A stretch of DNA of 64,000 nt from an uncultured Gemmatimonadales bacterium (GTDB lineage: Bacteria > Gemmatimonadota > Gemmatimonadetes > Longimicrobiales > RSA9), in contig CAWCUS010000001.1 of NCBI GenBank assembly GCA_963798845.1, positions 800,001 to 864,000 of the forward strand. Direction: 5' to 3'. Numbering within the stretch: position 1 is the first letter of the stretch; each line of letters starts with the position of its first letter. Shown in pieces: positions 11,129 through 19,912 of this stretch. A program made the translations under genes and the position numbers. The notes below the pieces were generated by a model, which saw nothing but the letters and a program-made list of their open reading frames with translations, made no database searches and was not told the DNA's origin.

Positions 11129-11285
11129 TGTGGAATCGATGCCACATTGTCGCCCATCCGCGCTACAGTTTGCAGCATCGCCGCACTCCCGGGCCACGGT
11201 TGCCTGCAATGTGGACTCGTCACGCCTGCTGCAGGGTTTCAGGCTGCCCACGGATCATTGGCTCGTGCACGGCATGTTGGTTGCC
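11129..11285 (+). promoter_or_regulatory. Putative sigma-54 promoter with upstream activator-site palindrome
   Basis: cGGcatgttggttGC (GG 11271-72, GC 11283-84, 10-nt spacing); TGTGGAATCGATGCCACA at 11129-11146. Confidence 0.5.
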
Positions 11286-11340
11286 GGATAAAAACATGCT
11301 GGACTCTCCTTCCGCCACCGCCCCTGTCCAAGGAGGTCGC

Positions 11341-11997
11341 ATGAAGCGTTGCACGGTCCTCGCTGCGCTCCTGTTGTCGGTCGCGCTGGTCGTTCCCGGC
11401 GGCCACGCCGCGGCGCAGACGCAGCTCATCGGGGACAAGGATTGCTTCGGGTTCGGCGCGTATCCGTGTTCCGAGCTTACGGACATCACGCTGGGCGTCG
11501 ACCGGCGGAGCGCCTCGGAGGCGGCCGCGGCCAATGGCGCCCAGCAGACGGATTTCTATTCCAGCAACTTCTCTCCGCTGCCGACGATTTTCGACGTCAT
11601 CTTCCCGCTGTCGACGAACATCTTCAGCGCGGCGCTGAAAGTCGGGATGTGGGGCTTCCAGTCCGGTGATCTCAGTGCGTACACGGTGTGGCTGAACGGG
11701 GTGATGCTGCCGAACTTCTTCTTCTTCCAGGATGGCCCCTATGCGGTAGTGGAGCGCACGTTCAACTTCAATGCCGCGCAGATCGCGGCCATGAACGGGG
11801 ACGGCGAGTTGAGGCTGACCATCGACCGCGGGACGAGCATCGACGCGACGGGCTTCGACTATTTCCAGCTCGACTACGGGATGGACACCGGAAACGGGAC
11901 GGGAACCGTGCCCGAGCCCGCGACCGTCGTGCTGCTGCTTTCCGGACTCCTCGGCCTTGGATTCGTGGCGCGACGCAGGGGCGCCGACACGGCCTGA
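11341..11997 (+). CDS. PEP-CTERM sorting domain protein
   Basis: Signal peptide; C-terminal VPEP, transmembrane helix and RRR; AAGGAGG RBS. Confidence 0.9.
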   Translation: MKRCTVLAALLLSVALVVPGGHAAAQTQLIGDKDCFGFGAYPCSELTDITLGVDRRSASEAAAANGAQQTDFYSSNFSPLPTIFDVIFPLSTNIFSAALKVGMWGFQSGDLSAYTVWLNGVMLPNFFFFQDGPYAVVERTFNFNAAQIAAMNGDGELRLTIDRGTSIDATGFDYFQLDYGMDTGNGTGTVPEPATVVLLLSGLLGLGFVARRRGADTA

Positions 11998-12050
11998 AGC
12001 CCGGGAGGTGCGCGCAGGCCGCCCGGAGCGGCCACGACCTCCCGCACGAA

Positions 12051-12082
12051 GCCCCGCCTGGCGCCACGGCGTCAGGCGGGGC
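12051..12082. repeat. 32-bp near-palindrome, copy 1 (REP-like or terminator)
   Basis: GCCCCGCCTGGCGCCACGGCGTCAGGCGGGGC downstream of the PEP-CTERM gene. Confidence 0.7.
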
Positions 12083-12373
12083 TCGAGCATCCGGGTCCTC
12101 GGCGGCGCCGGGCCACACACGCGTCGGCTTGATCCGGCAGGCGCGCGCGCCGGATCGCGCCCGGCCCACCCGAAACCCGTTCCATCGAAACGTTGCACCG
12201 CCCCTCACGTGAAACGTCCCCGGGCGTTTCATGAAACAGGCCGTCCGGCCGCCCCGGATGCCCCTGATCATCGGCAACGCGTTGCCACGGCAGGAGTTGC
12301 GGCGTCCCGGCCACAGGGGCGTCACCCTTGCCACCGTGCAGGCTGTCCACTCACCTCACACGGAGGAAGGAAG

Positions 12374-12742
12374 ATGATGAGAAAGATCTTGCTGTTCGCG
12401 CCGATCCTGCTGTTCGCCGCCTGTGCGGACCAGCCCGATCCGCTGGCGCCGGAGACCAATGCCCAGTTCGCAAGGCACGCGCCCCCGGGCCGCGGCGGTG
12501 CGCTGGGCGCCGTGTATGTCACGAGCCAGGGTCTGTACTACGACACGTTCGTGGCCGCCGAAGTGCTCCCCAACAAAGGACCCTTCCAGAAGCTCGACAG
12601 CGGCATGACCGAGTGGGGGCCCGGCCAGCCCGGTTACCTCGGAGGTCGCTGGTGGGAGGACACGAACCACAACGACATCCGGGACGACACCGACACCTAT
12701 CTTCTCTGTCCGCTCCTCGGTCCGGGGCGCGAGACGCCCTGA
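12374..12742 (+). CDS. Small hypothetical lipoprotein
   Basis: GGAGG RBS, lipobox FAAC, protein-like composition (GPFQKL, GGRWWED, CPLLGPG). Confidence 0.75.
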   Translation: MMRKILLFAPILLFAACADQPDPLAPETNAQFARHAPPGRGGALGAVYVTSQGLYYDTFVAAEVLPNKGPFQKLDSGMTEWGPGQPGYLGGRWWEDTNHNDIRDDTDTYLLCPLLGPGRETP

Positions 12743-12790
12743 CCGCTGCCGCCGAGGCCGACAACGGGTGGCCGAAGCCTCACGACGGAA

Positions 12791-12822
12791 GCCTCGCCTG
12801 GCGCCGCGGCGCCAGGCGAGGC
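12791..12822. repeat. 32-bp perfect palindrome, copy 2
   Basis: GCCTCGCCTGGCGCCGCGGCGCCAGGCGAGGC equals its own reverse complement. Confidence 0.75.
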
Positions 12823-12950
12823 ACCCTCGCAGTCCGCCACCGCGCCGTGTGCCGCGCGCAGCGCGCTCGCCGAGAGCCTTCCCTTCTGCGCCCCCTCCGT
12901 GTACTCTTGTGGGGCATTTCCCTACAGCCCCTCACGGAAGGCGCCCTCCC

Positions 12951-14423
12951 ATGCCTCGCGGCAGCCGGTGGCCTCCGGGAACGGCTCCCGCACCACCGGG
13001 CGCGCACCGCGCTTCCTGCCGGCCGGAGTACGCCCTCGCGCTGCTCGCGCTGCTGGCCGTCGCCGATCCGTCCGCGCCGTTGCTCGCGCAGGCGGGGGAC
13101 GCCCTCCGCTCCCCACCGACGCTGAAGGACCGGTCCGCGAGCCCGGACACGGTGGAGGTGAGCCTCACCGCTGCGCCTGCGCGCCTCGTGCTCCTCCCCG
13201 GTGCGCCCGCCACGGACGCCTACGCGTACAACGGCACCGTGCCCGGCCCCACGCTGGACGTCCGCGAGGGCGAGCACGTGATCGTCCACTTCCGCAATGA
13301 GCTGGAGGAGCCGACCACCATTCACTGGCACGGTCTGCACCTGCCGGCGGGGGCGGACGGGAGCCCGTTCGACCCGGTCCCGCCCGGCGGGACGTACGAC
13401 TACGTGTTCGACGTGCCGGTCGGGACGGCGGGGACGTACTGGTACCACCCGCACCCGGATCGGACGACGACCGAGCAGGTGGCGCACGGGCTTTACGGCG
13501 CCGTCATCATCCGGGCCGCGCACGACCCGCTCGAAGGAATCCCGGAACGGCTGCTGATCCTGTCGGACAACCGGTTCCGCCCGGACGGCTCCATCGACCT
13601 CCCGGCTCCGGACTCCCGGCAGGGGCAGATCGACCTCGAGAACGGGCGGGAGGGAAACGTCCTCTTCGTGAACGGCCAGGTGATGCCGACGCTGCGGATC
13701 CGTAGCGGCGAGGTGCAGCGTTGGCGGGTGGTGGACGCGGCCGCCGCGCGCGTCTACCGGCTCGCGATTCCGGGGCAGAGCCTCCTCCACGTGGGCAGCG
13801 ACGGCGGTCTCTTCGAGCATCCGCGCGAGGTGCCCGACATGGTTCTGGCCAACTCCGGCCGGGTCGAGCTCCTGGTGCGCGGCTCGGCCCCGCCTGGGAG
13901 CACGGCCACCCTCCGGACGCTCCCGTACGACCGCTACGACCCGCACACACGCCCCGCCGACTGGGACCGCCCGCGCGACCTGCTGACGCTCCGGTATGAC
14001 GACGCGCCGGCGGTGCCCCCGGTCGCCGTCCCGTCGACGCTCCGCGCCGTGGCCGCTCTCGACACGACTCGTGTCGCCGAGCGCCGCGTCCTGGTCTTCA
14101 GCCAGGGAATGATCGACAACAAGAAGATGGACATGAACCGGGTCGACCTGGTGGCGCACCTGGGGACCACCGAGATCTGGGAGGTCGACAACGTGGTGGG
14201 CATGGACCACCCGTTCCACCTACACGGCTTCCGCTTCCAGATCCTCGACCGCGACGGCGTTCCGGAGCCGTACCCCAGCTGGAACGACACGGTGAACGTG
14301 CCGAAGCACGGCTACGTCCGCATCGTCGTCCGCTTCGACGATTTCGCAGGCAAGTGGATGTACCACTGCCACATCCTCGACCACGAAGACGCCGGCATGA
14401 TGGGCATCCTCCAGGTGCAGTAG
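12951..14423 (+). CDS. Multicopper oxidase (CueO/laccase-like); start approximate
   Basis: All four copper motifs: HWHG, WYHPH, HPFHLHG, HCHILDHEDAGMM. Confidence 0.92.
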   Translation: MPRGSRWPPGTAPAPPGAHRASCRPEYALALLALLAVADPSAPLLAQAGDALRSPPTLKDRSASPDTVEVSLTAAPARLVLLPGAPATDAYAYNGTVPGPTLDVREGEHVIVHFRNELEEPTTIHWHGLHLPAGADGSPFDPVPPGGTYDYVFDVPVGTAGTYWYHPHPDRTTTEQVAHGLYGAVIIRAAHDPLEGIPERLLILSDNRFRPDGSIDLPAPDSRQGQIDLENGREGNVLFVNGQVMPTLRIRSGEVQRWRVVDAAAARVYRLAIPGQSLLHVGSDGGLFEHPREVPDMVLANSGRVELLVRGSAPPGSTATLRTLPYDRYDPHTRPADWDRPRDLLTLRYDDAPAVPPVAVPSTLRAVAALDTTRVAERRVLVFSQGMIDNKKMDMNRVDLVAHLGTTEIWEVDNVVGMDHPFHLHGFRFQILDRDGVPEPYPSWNDTVNVPKHGYVRIVVRFDDFAGKWMYHCHILDHEDAGMMGILQVQ

Positions 14424-14452
14424 CTCCCGAACCCCCCTAGCAGGAGGCGCGC

Positions 14453-15709
14453 ATGTCGCACTGGCCGAGAGCGGTCGTCGCCGTCACGCTGACGGTGATC
14501 GCCGCCGCCGCGTTCACCGTCCCTCGCGTCGAGCCGGAGCAGAACGCCCAGCAACCCCAGCAGATCGCCAGAGGGCGCTACCTGGTGATCAGCCACGCCT
14601 GCGGTGAGTGTCACGGCGGCGGCGACAATCCGGCGGCGAAGGGCTGGCTTGCCGGATCGACCGGGCCTGAAACGGAAAGCCGGATCGGACCTCCTCCATG
14701 TGGTCTGGGTGTCCCGGCGACCGGCTGCTTCACCACGCGCCCGCGCAACCTCACTCCGGACAACCTCACCGGACTCGGCCGCTTCACGGAACGCCAGATC
14801 TTCAACGCGCTCCGCTACGGGCTGCGTCCTGAAGACACGCCGGACCTGGAGATCACCTCCAGCACGCCGGGGAAGGGGAACTTCCCGGAGCACCCGCACT
14901 ACCTCGCGCCGCCCATGCCGTGGCCGGTCTGGCGGCACATGCCGGACGAGGATCTGCGCGCGATCGCCGCGTACCTGAAGCACGGCCTCAAGCCTGTGCG
15001 CCACAAGGTGGCCGACAGCGAGGGGCCGCCCGACTTCTGGGCGGGCGCCTACACCGAGAATGCGATCGGGGCGTATCCGGCCGCGGCATACCCCACGGCG
15101 AACGAGCGCACCGTCCCCGCGACGGACCGGGATCTCGTGCTGCGCGGCCGCTATCTCGTCATCAGCCACGGGTGCGCCGACTGTCATCGCGGCCCGGCCC
15201 CGGACTCGAAGGGCTGGCTCGCCGGGATCACGGAACCCTCGCAGGACTTCGTCATCGGCCCCTGCCTCGCCGATCCCGCGGCGAAGCCGTGCTTCCACGG
15301 CCGGCCCAGCAACATCACCCCCGACGACGCCACCGGGATCGGCCGCTACACGGAGCGCCAGATCTTCAACGCCCTGCGCTACGGGCTGCGCCCCGAGCAC
15401 ACGCCGGACGTCGACATCACGTCCTCCACCCCCGGGCAGGGGAACTATCCCGCAGCCCCGGACTACCTGGGGCCCTTCATGCCGTGGACATCCTTCCGGT
15501 TCATGCCCGACGAGGACCTGCACGCCATCGCTGCGTACCTCAAGCGCGGGCTCGAGCCGGTGAGCAACAAGGTCCCCGACAGTGATCGGACCCCGGACCT
15601 CTGGGCGAGCGCCGTCACGGCGGAAGCGATCGGCCCCTATCCACCGGCCCCGTTCCCCACGGCCAACGAGGTGAGAGTCGGCATCGCGAGCGCGGGCGGC
15701 GGGCGGTAG
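14453..15709 (+). CDS. Exported di-heme c-type cytochrome made of two tandem ~195-aa repeats
   Basis: CGECH and CADCH; both halves share RGRYLVISH, TERQIFNALRYGLRPE and MPW. Confidence 0.85.
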   Translation: MSHWPRAVVAVTLTVIAAAAFTVPRVEPEQNAQQPQQIARGRYLVISHACGECHGGGDNPAAKGWLAGSTGPETESRIGPPPCGLGVPATGCFTTRPRNLTPDNLTGLGRFTERQIFNALRYGLRPEDTPDLEITSSTPGKGNFPEHPHYLAPPMPWPVWRHMPDEDLRAIAAYLKHGLKPVRHKVADSEGPPDFWAGAYTENAIGAYPAAAYPTANERTVPATDRDLVLRGRYLVISHGCADCHRGPAPDSKGWLAGITEPSQDFVIGPCLADPAAKPCFHGRPSNITPDDATGIGRYTERQIFNALRYGLRPEHTPDVDITSSTPGQGNYPAAPDYLGPFMPWTSFRFMPDEDLHAIAAYLKRGLEPVSNKVPDSDRTPDLWASAVTAEAIGPYPPAPFPTANEVRVGIASAGGGR

Positions 15710-15790
15710 CGCGCGCCCGCCTGAGGGGGCGTCCCGCCCGGCCCGCTGCACCCGTCCTGCGGGATGCAGCGAGCCGGTCGCGGCGGCGCG

Positions 15791-17167
15791 TCAGGAGCCT
15801 GCAGCCACGTTCTGGTTCAACCGGAACACGTTGTCCGGGTCCCAGCGCCGCTTCGTCTCCGCCAGCCTGCCGTAGCCCGCGCCGTAGTTCGCCGCCACCC
15901 TCGCGTCGTCGTCCGGTGCCATGAAGTTCGTGTAGCCGCCGTCGAACCCGGACCAGGGATGCAGCGCTGCGTAGTAGTCGCGCACCCAGGCGGTGTTCGC
16001 CGTGTCGTTCGCCGGGTCCGGCCAGGTCCCGACCACGTTGAGCACGAAATCGGCATCCCTGTGGGCGAACGCCGTCGCCTCCGCGGCGACGTCCCGGACG
16101 GCTCCGCCCAGTGGGTAGATGTGCATGGTCGACATGACGGTCGGGACACGGGGCCCGTGCTCCACGTGCACCGCGATCGCCTCGGCTGGCAGGTCCCGCA
16201 GGAAATCGGACTTCCAGTAGTGCCGGAGCCCGGGCGGAAGCAGCGCGTCGAACGCGCTCTGGAGCGCCGGGAAGGGCACGGGACCGACGTGCTCCGCGAC
16301 CACCGGCCCCGCCGCGCGGATCGGACGCAGCACCTCCTCGCTCCGCCCCGGGTCGCCGGTCCAGCACACCACCAGCAGGCACAGCGGCTCCCCGTGCCGC
16401 CCCTCGGGGATGAACGGAAGCGGTGGAGCGATCTGGAAGCCGACGAAGGCACCGAGCTCGCGCGGCGCACTCCGGATGTGGTCCCGGAAGAATGCGAGCA
16501 CGTCCGCGGCGGCGCTCAGCTCGAAGAAGATCGGCCCGCCCACCACCTGGTCCACGGGGTGCAGCCGGAACTCGAACGACGTCACCACCCCGAAGTTGCC
16601 GCCCCCGCCGCGCAGCGCCCAGAACAGATCCTCGTTCTCGTCCTCGCTGGCCCGCACCAGCCGCCCGTCCGCGGTCACCACGCTCGCGGACACGAGGTTG
16701 TCGCACGTCAGGCCGAAACGGCGGGAGAGATAGCCCACGCCGCCGCCGAGGGTGAGGCCCCCGATCCCCGTGGTCGAGATGAAGCCGGCGGGGACGGCCA
16801 TGCCGAACGCGTGCGTCGCATGATCCAGGTCGGCGAGGCGTGCGCCTCCGCCCACCCTGACCCCCCGCCCCGCCGGATCCACGTTCACGTTCCGCAGACC
16901 TCCCAGGTCGAGCACCACACCGTCGCACGTCCCGTAGCCCGGGACGCTGTGACCACCGCCGCGTACCGCCAGCGGCTTCCCCATCTCTCCGGCGGCGCGC
17001 ACGGTCGCGATCACATCCGCCTCGTCGCATGCCCGCACCACCACCTCTGGACGGCGGTCGATCATCCCGTTGTAAACGGCGCGCGCGCCGTCGTAGGCAG
17101 GGTGATCCGGTCCGATGACGTCGCCTCTCACGCTCTGGGAAAGACGATCCACGACAGTTTGCGGCAT
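15791..17167 (-). CDS. FAD-binding oxidoreductase with BBE domain
   Basis: VRGGGHS, TGIGGLTLGGG, LFWALRGGGGNFGVVT, KRRWDPDNVF. Confidence 0.92.
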   Translation of the reverse strand: MPQTVVDRLSQSVRGDVIGPDHPAYDGARAVYNGMIDRRPEVVVRACDEADVIATVRAAGEMGKPLAVRGGGHSVPGYGTCDGVVLDLGGLRNVNVDPAGRGVRVGGGARLADLDHATHAFGMAVPAGFISTTGIGGLTLGGGVGYLSRRFGLTCDNLVSASVVTADGRLVRASEDENEDLFWALRGGGGNFGVVTSFEFRLHPVDQVVGGPIFFELSAAADVLAFFRDHIRSAPRELGAFVGFQIAPPLPFIPEGRHGEPLCLLVVCWTGDPGRSEEVLRPIRAAGPVVAEHVGPVPFPALQSAFDALLPPGLRHYWKSDFLRDLPAEAIAVHVEHGPRVPTVMSTMHIYPLGGAVRDVAAEATAFAHRDADFVLNVVGTWPDPANDTANTAWVRDYYAALHPWSGFDGGYTNFMAPDDDARVAANYGAGYGRLAETKRRWDPDNVFRLNQNVAAGS

Positions 17168-17326
17168 AGGGGCCTCGCAGGTTGGGGTGAGGAGAGCGCG
17201 GGACGCATGGACTTTAGGGTCGCGATCCGGACATGGACAAGAGGGTCAATGTCGCGCTCCCCGGCGGCACGTTTCTTGTCGTTCTTCGCAGCAACTTCAT
17301 CTGTTTCTCGAGCGGAGGCCGACAGC

Positions 17327-18160
17327 ATGCCGATCGCCGAAATGCTGCCCGGGGGCGCGCGCGGATGGCGGCGCTGGGCGTTCGCCGGGGCGTCGGTGGC
17401 GGCGCACGCCGCGGTGGTGACCGCGCTGGTGGTCGGAACCAATGAGGCGGACGCTTCGCCCGCGCAGGCGACGGAAGCGGAGAAGGTGACGTACGTGGAC
17501 ATCCGGTCGTTCGCGCCGCCGCCGCCCCCGCCGCCGGCGGCCCGGCCGGAGCCGCAGCCCAACCGGCCCACCCGGCCCCAGCCGCGGACGCCGCAACCGC
17601 AGCCGCAGCCTCAGGCGACCCCGGAGCCACGGGTGCCGGCTCGCCCCTCCGACATCGTGGAGCCGACCGACTCGGTGGAGCTCGATCCTCTGGGAGCGGA
17701 CCTGCCGCCCGTGCCGGAGGTGGTACCGGAGGTGGTGCCGAGCCCGCCGGCGGCGCCGACCGGCGGTCAGCCGGGCGGGGAGGAAGGGGGGAAGCCGGGG
17801 GGCGTGGAGGGTGGGCAGGGCGAAGCGGTGCCGGAGGCGGGCGGGACGTATGTGGCGGCCGTGGTGGACCGGAAGGCGGAGCTGAAGAACCGGGGGGATC
17901 TGCCGCGGATCATGGAGCGGCTGTTCCCGGATGCCATGCGGGCGCAGGGCAGGGACGGCCGCGTGGTGGTGCAGTTCGTGGTGGACGAGCGGGGACGTGT
18001 GGACGCGGGGACGGTGAAGGTGATGTCGAGCACGAGCGAGGCATTCGAGGAAGCGACTCGCGAGGCCCTGAAGGAGTTCCGCTTCACGCCCGCGACGATC
18101 GGGGATCATCCCGTGCGGATGCTGACCCAGATCCCGGTGATCTGGGAAATCCAAAGCTAG
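17327..18160 (+). CDS. tonB: TonB energy transducer
   Basis: Transmembrane SxxxH (SVAAH), Pro-rich linker, C-terminal GRVVVQFVVDERG...FRFTPA; RBS GGAGG. Confidence 0.85.
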   Translation: MPIAEMLPGGARGWRRWAFAGASVAAHAAVVTALVVGTNEADASPAQATEAEKVTYVDIRSFAPPPPPPPAARPEPQPNRPTRPQPRTPQPQPQPQATPEPRVPARPSDIVEPTDSVELDPLGADLPPVPEVVPEVVPSPPAAPTGGQPGGEEGGKPGGVEGGQGEAVPEAGGTYVAAVVDRKAELKNRGDLPRIMERLFPDAMRAQGRDGRVVVQFVVDERGRVDAGTVKVMSSTSEAFEEATREALKEFRFTPATIGDHPVRMLTQIPVIWEIQS

Positions 18161-18173
18161 GCAGGAGAGAGTC

Positions 18174-18881
18174 ATGGGTCTGTCATTCGGCGCCCTCTGG
18201 GGCCAGATGGGGTGGTTCGTCCGCAGCATCGTGCTCGTGATGCTGGGCATGAGCATGATCACGCTTTCCGTTTCCCTGGCGAAGTGGTGGCGGCTGCGGA
18301 AGCTGAAGCGCGCGACCACGCCGTTCGAGCCGGAGTTCGCCGCCGCGCGGGCGGACGACGATCTGGATGCCGCGCTTCGGGTGACGGACCGGCACCCGGA
18401 CTCGCACGTGGCGGCGGTGCTGGGCGAGGCGCTCCGGGAAGTGGCGCCGCTGCTGCGGCGTGAGGAGCTCGCGGCGGCAGCCATCACGTCGGCGGAGCGA
18501 GCGGTCGAGCGGGAGCAGATCATGCTGGCGGCGGAGCTCAAGAAGGGGCTGGGCATCCTGGCGACCATCGGGGCCACCGCGCCGTTCGTCGGTCTCCTGG
18601 GCACCGTCATCGGCATCGTGAACTCGTTCCAGGGTATCGCCGCAAGCGGAGGCGGTGGGCTGGAAGCGGTGTCTGCCGGGATCGCCGAAGCGCTCATCGC
18701 CACCGCCATCGGGCTGCTCGCCGCCATCCCGGCGGTGTGGCTGTACAACTACTTCACGGCCCGGCTGGAGACCGTCTTCTCCGAGCTCGCCTACATCAGC
18801 CGCGAGACCATCGACTGGCTCATGCGGCGCGAGGCGCTCCGCGGCCGCCTGACGCCGGGTCTGGACCCGGAGGCGGCCTGA
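18174..18881 (+). CDS. exbB: MotA/TolQ/ExbB proton channel
   Basis: LATIGATAPFVGLLGTVIGI, GIAEALIATAIGL, AIPAV. Confidence 0.9.
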   Translation: MGLSFGALWGQMGWFVRSIVLVMLGMSMITLSVSLAKWWRLRKLKRATTPFEPEFAAARADDDLDAALRVTDRHPDSHVAAVLGEALREVAPLLRREELAAAAITSAERAVEREQIMLAAELKKGLGILATIGATAPFVGLLGTVIGIVNSFQGIAASGGGGLEAVSAGIAEALIATAIGLLAAIPAVWLYNYFTARLETVFSELAYISRETIDWLMRREALRGRLTPGLDPEAA

Positions 18882-18883
18882 CC

Positions 18884-19396
18884 ATGGGCCTGCCCGGCGG
18901 CGGCACCCCGACGGCCGGCGGCGGCTCGCGGCTCCCCTCCATCCCCGGGATGGCGGACACCGGACTGTCGTCGTCGATCAACGTCACGCCCATGATCGAC
19001 GTGATGCTCGTGCTCCTCATCATCTTCCTCGTCGTGACGCCGATCCTGACGCAGTACGAAGCCACTCCGCCCCAGGCGATCACCGCCCAGGCAGAGCCCG
19101 ATGACGACGTCGTCACCGTCGGCATCGACGACGGCGGCGCCTTCTACGTGGAGAACCGCCCGGTCCCCGACGGCAGCCTCGCCGCCGCGCTCCGGCGAGA
19201 GCTGGCCGGCCAGCCAGCGGGCCAGCGCCTCATCTACCTGCGCGGCGATCGAGACGTCTCCTACGCCCGCATCCTCGACGCGGTGGAGGCGGCGAGACGG
19301 GCTGGCGTATCCACCATCGGCGCGATCACGGAGCCGTTCGACCCGGACGCCGCAGAAACCGACGCGGTCGCGCGCGCCGGAGAGGGAGGGATGTAG
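18884..19396 (+). CDS. exbD: ExbD/TolR family protein 1
   Basis: INVTPMIDVMLVLLIIF, YLRGDRDVSY. Confidence 0.88.
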   Translation: MGLPGGGTPTAGGGSRLPSIPGMADTGLSSSINVTPMIDVMLVLLIIFLVVTPILTQYEATPPQAITAQAEPDDDVVTVGIDDGGAFYVENRPVPDGSLAAALRRELAGQPAGQRLIYLRGDRDVSYARILDAVEAARRAGVSTIGAITEPFDPDAAETDAVARAGEGGM

Positions 19397-19398
19397 CC

Positions 19399-19836
19399 AT
19401 GGCCATGACGGGAGGCGGTACCGGGAGCGGCCCGCAGTCGGACATCAACGTGACCCCCATGATCAATGTCCTGCTCGTGCTGCTGATCATCTTCCTCGTC
19501 ATCCAGCCGGCGCTCCAGGAGGGGATCACCGTGCAGGTGCCGGCCGTCCGGCAGGCACCGGCCACGGAGCAGCCCGAGCAGGTGGTTCTGCGCGTCGCCG
19601 ATGGACCCACCTTCCTGATCAACGGGAAGCGCGTCCCGCTGGAGCAGATCAGGCCGACGCTGAACGCGCTCTTCGCCGACGCCGACGCAGACGACCGGGT
19701 CGTGTTCGTGGACGGGAGCGAGAGCATCCGCTACGGCGACGTGGTTCGCGCCATCGACGAGGCGCGCGGAGCGGATGCGAAGACCGTGGGGCTGGTGCCC
19801 CGCTCGCAGCGCGACCGCCTGCCGGGGACGCGGTAG
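19399..19836 (+). CDS. exbD: ExbD/TolR family protein 2, conserved Asp replaced by Asn
   Basis: INVTPMINVLLVLLIIF, IRYGDVVRAID; GGAGG RBS. Confidence 0.85.
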   Translation: MAMTGGGTGSGPQSDINVTPMINVLLVLLIIFLVIQPALQEGITVQVPAVRQAPATEQPEQVVLRVADGPTFLINGKRVPLEQIRPTLNALFADADADDRVVFVDGSESIRYGDVVRAIDEARGADAKTVGLVPRSQRDRLPGTR

Positions 19837-19912
19837 CCGCCCTACGAGGACGTGGGCGCGAGATGCTCTCTGCCGGGTCTTTCCACCTCGAGAGATCGCC
19901 GGCCCGAAATCC

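Noticed and set aside
15764..17326. N-terminal extension of TonB to 798 aa
   Set aside because: Antisense to the FAD oxidoreductase; the RBS supports a start at 17327.
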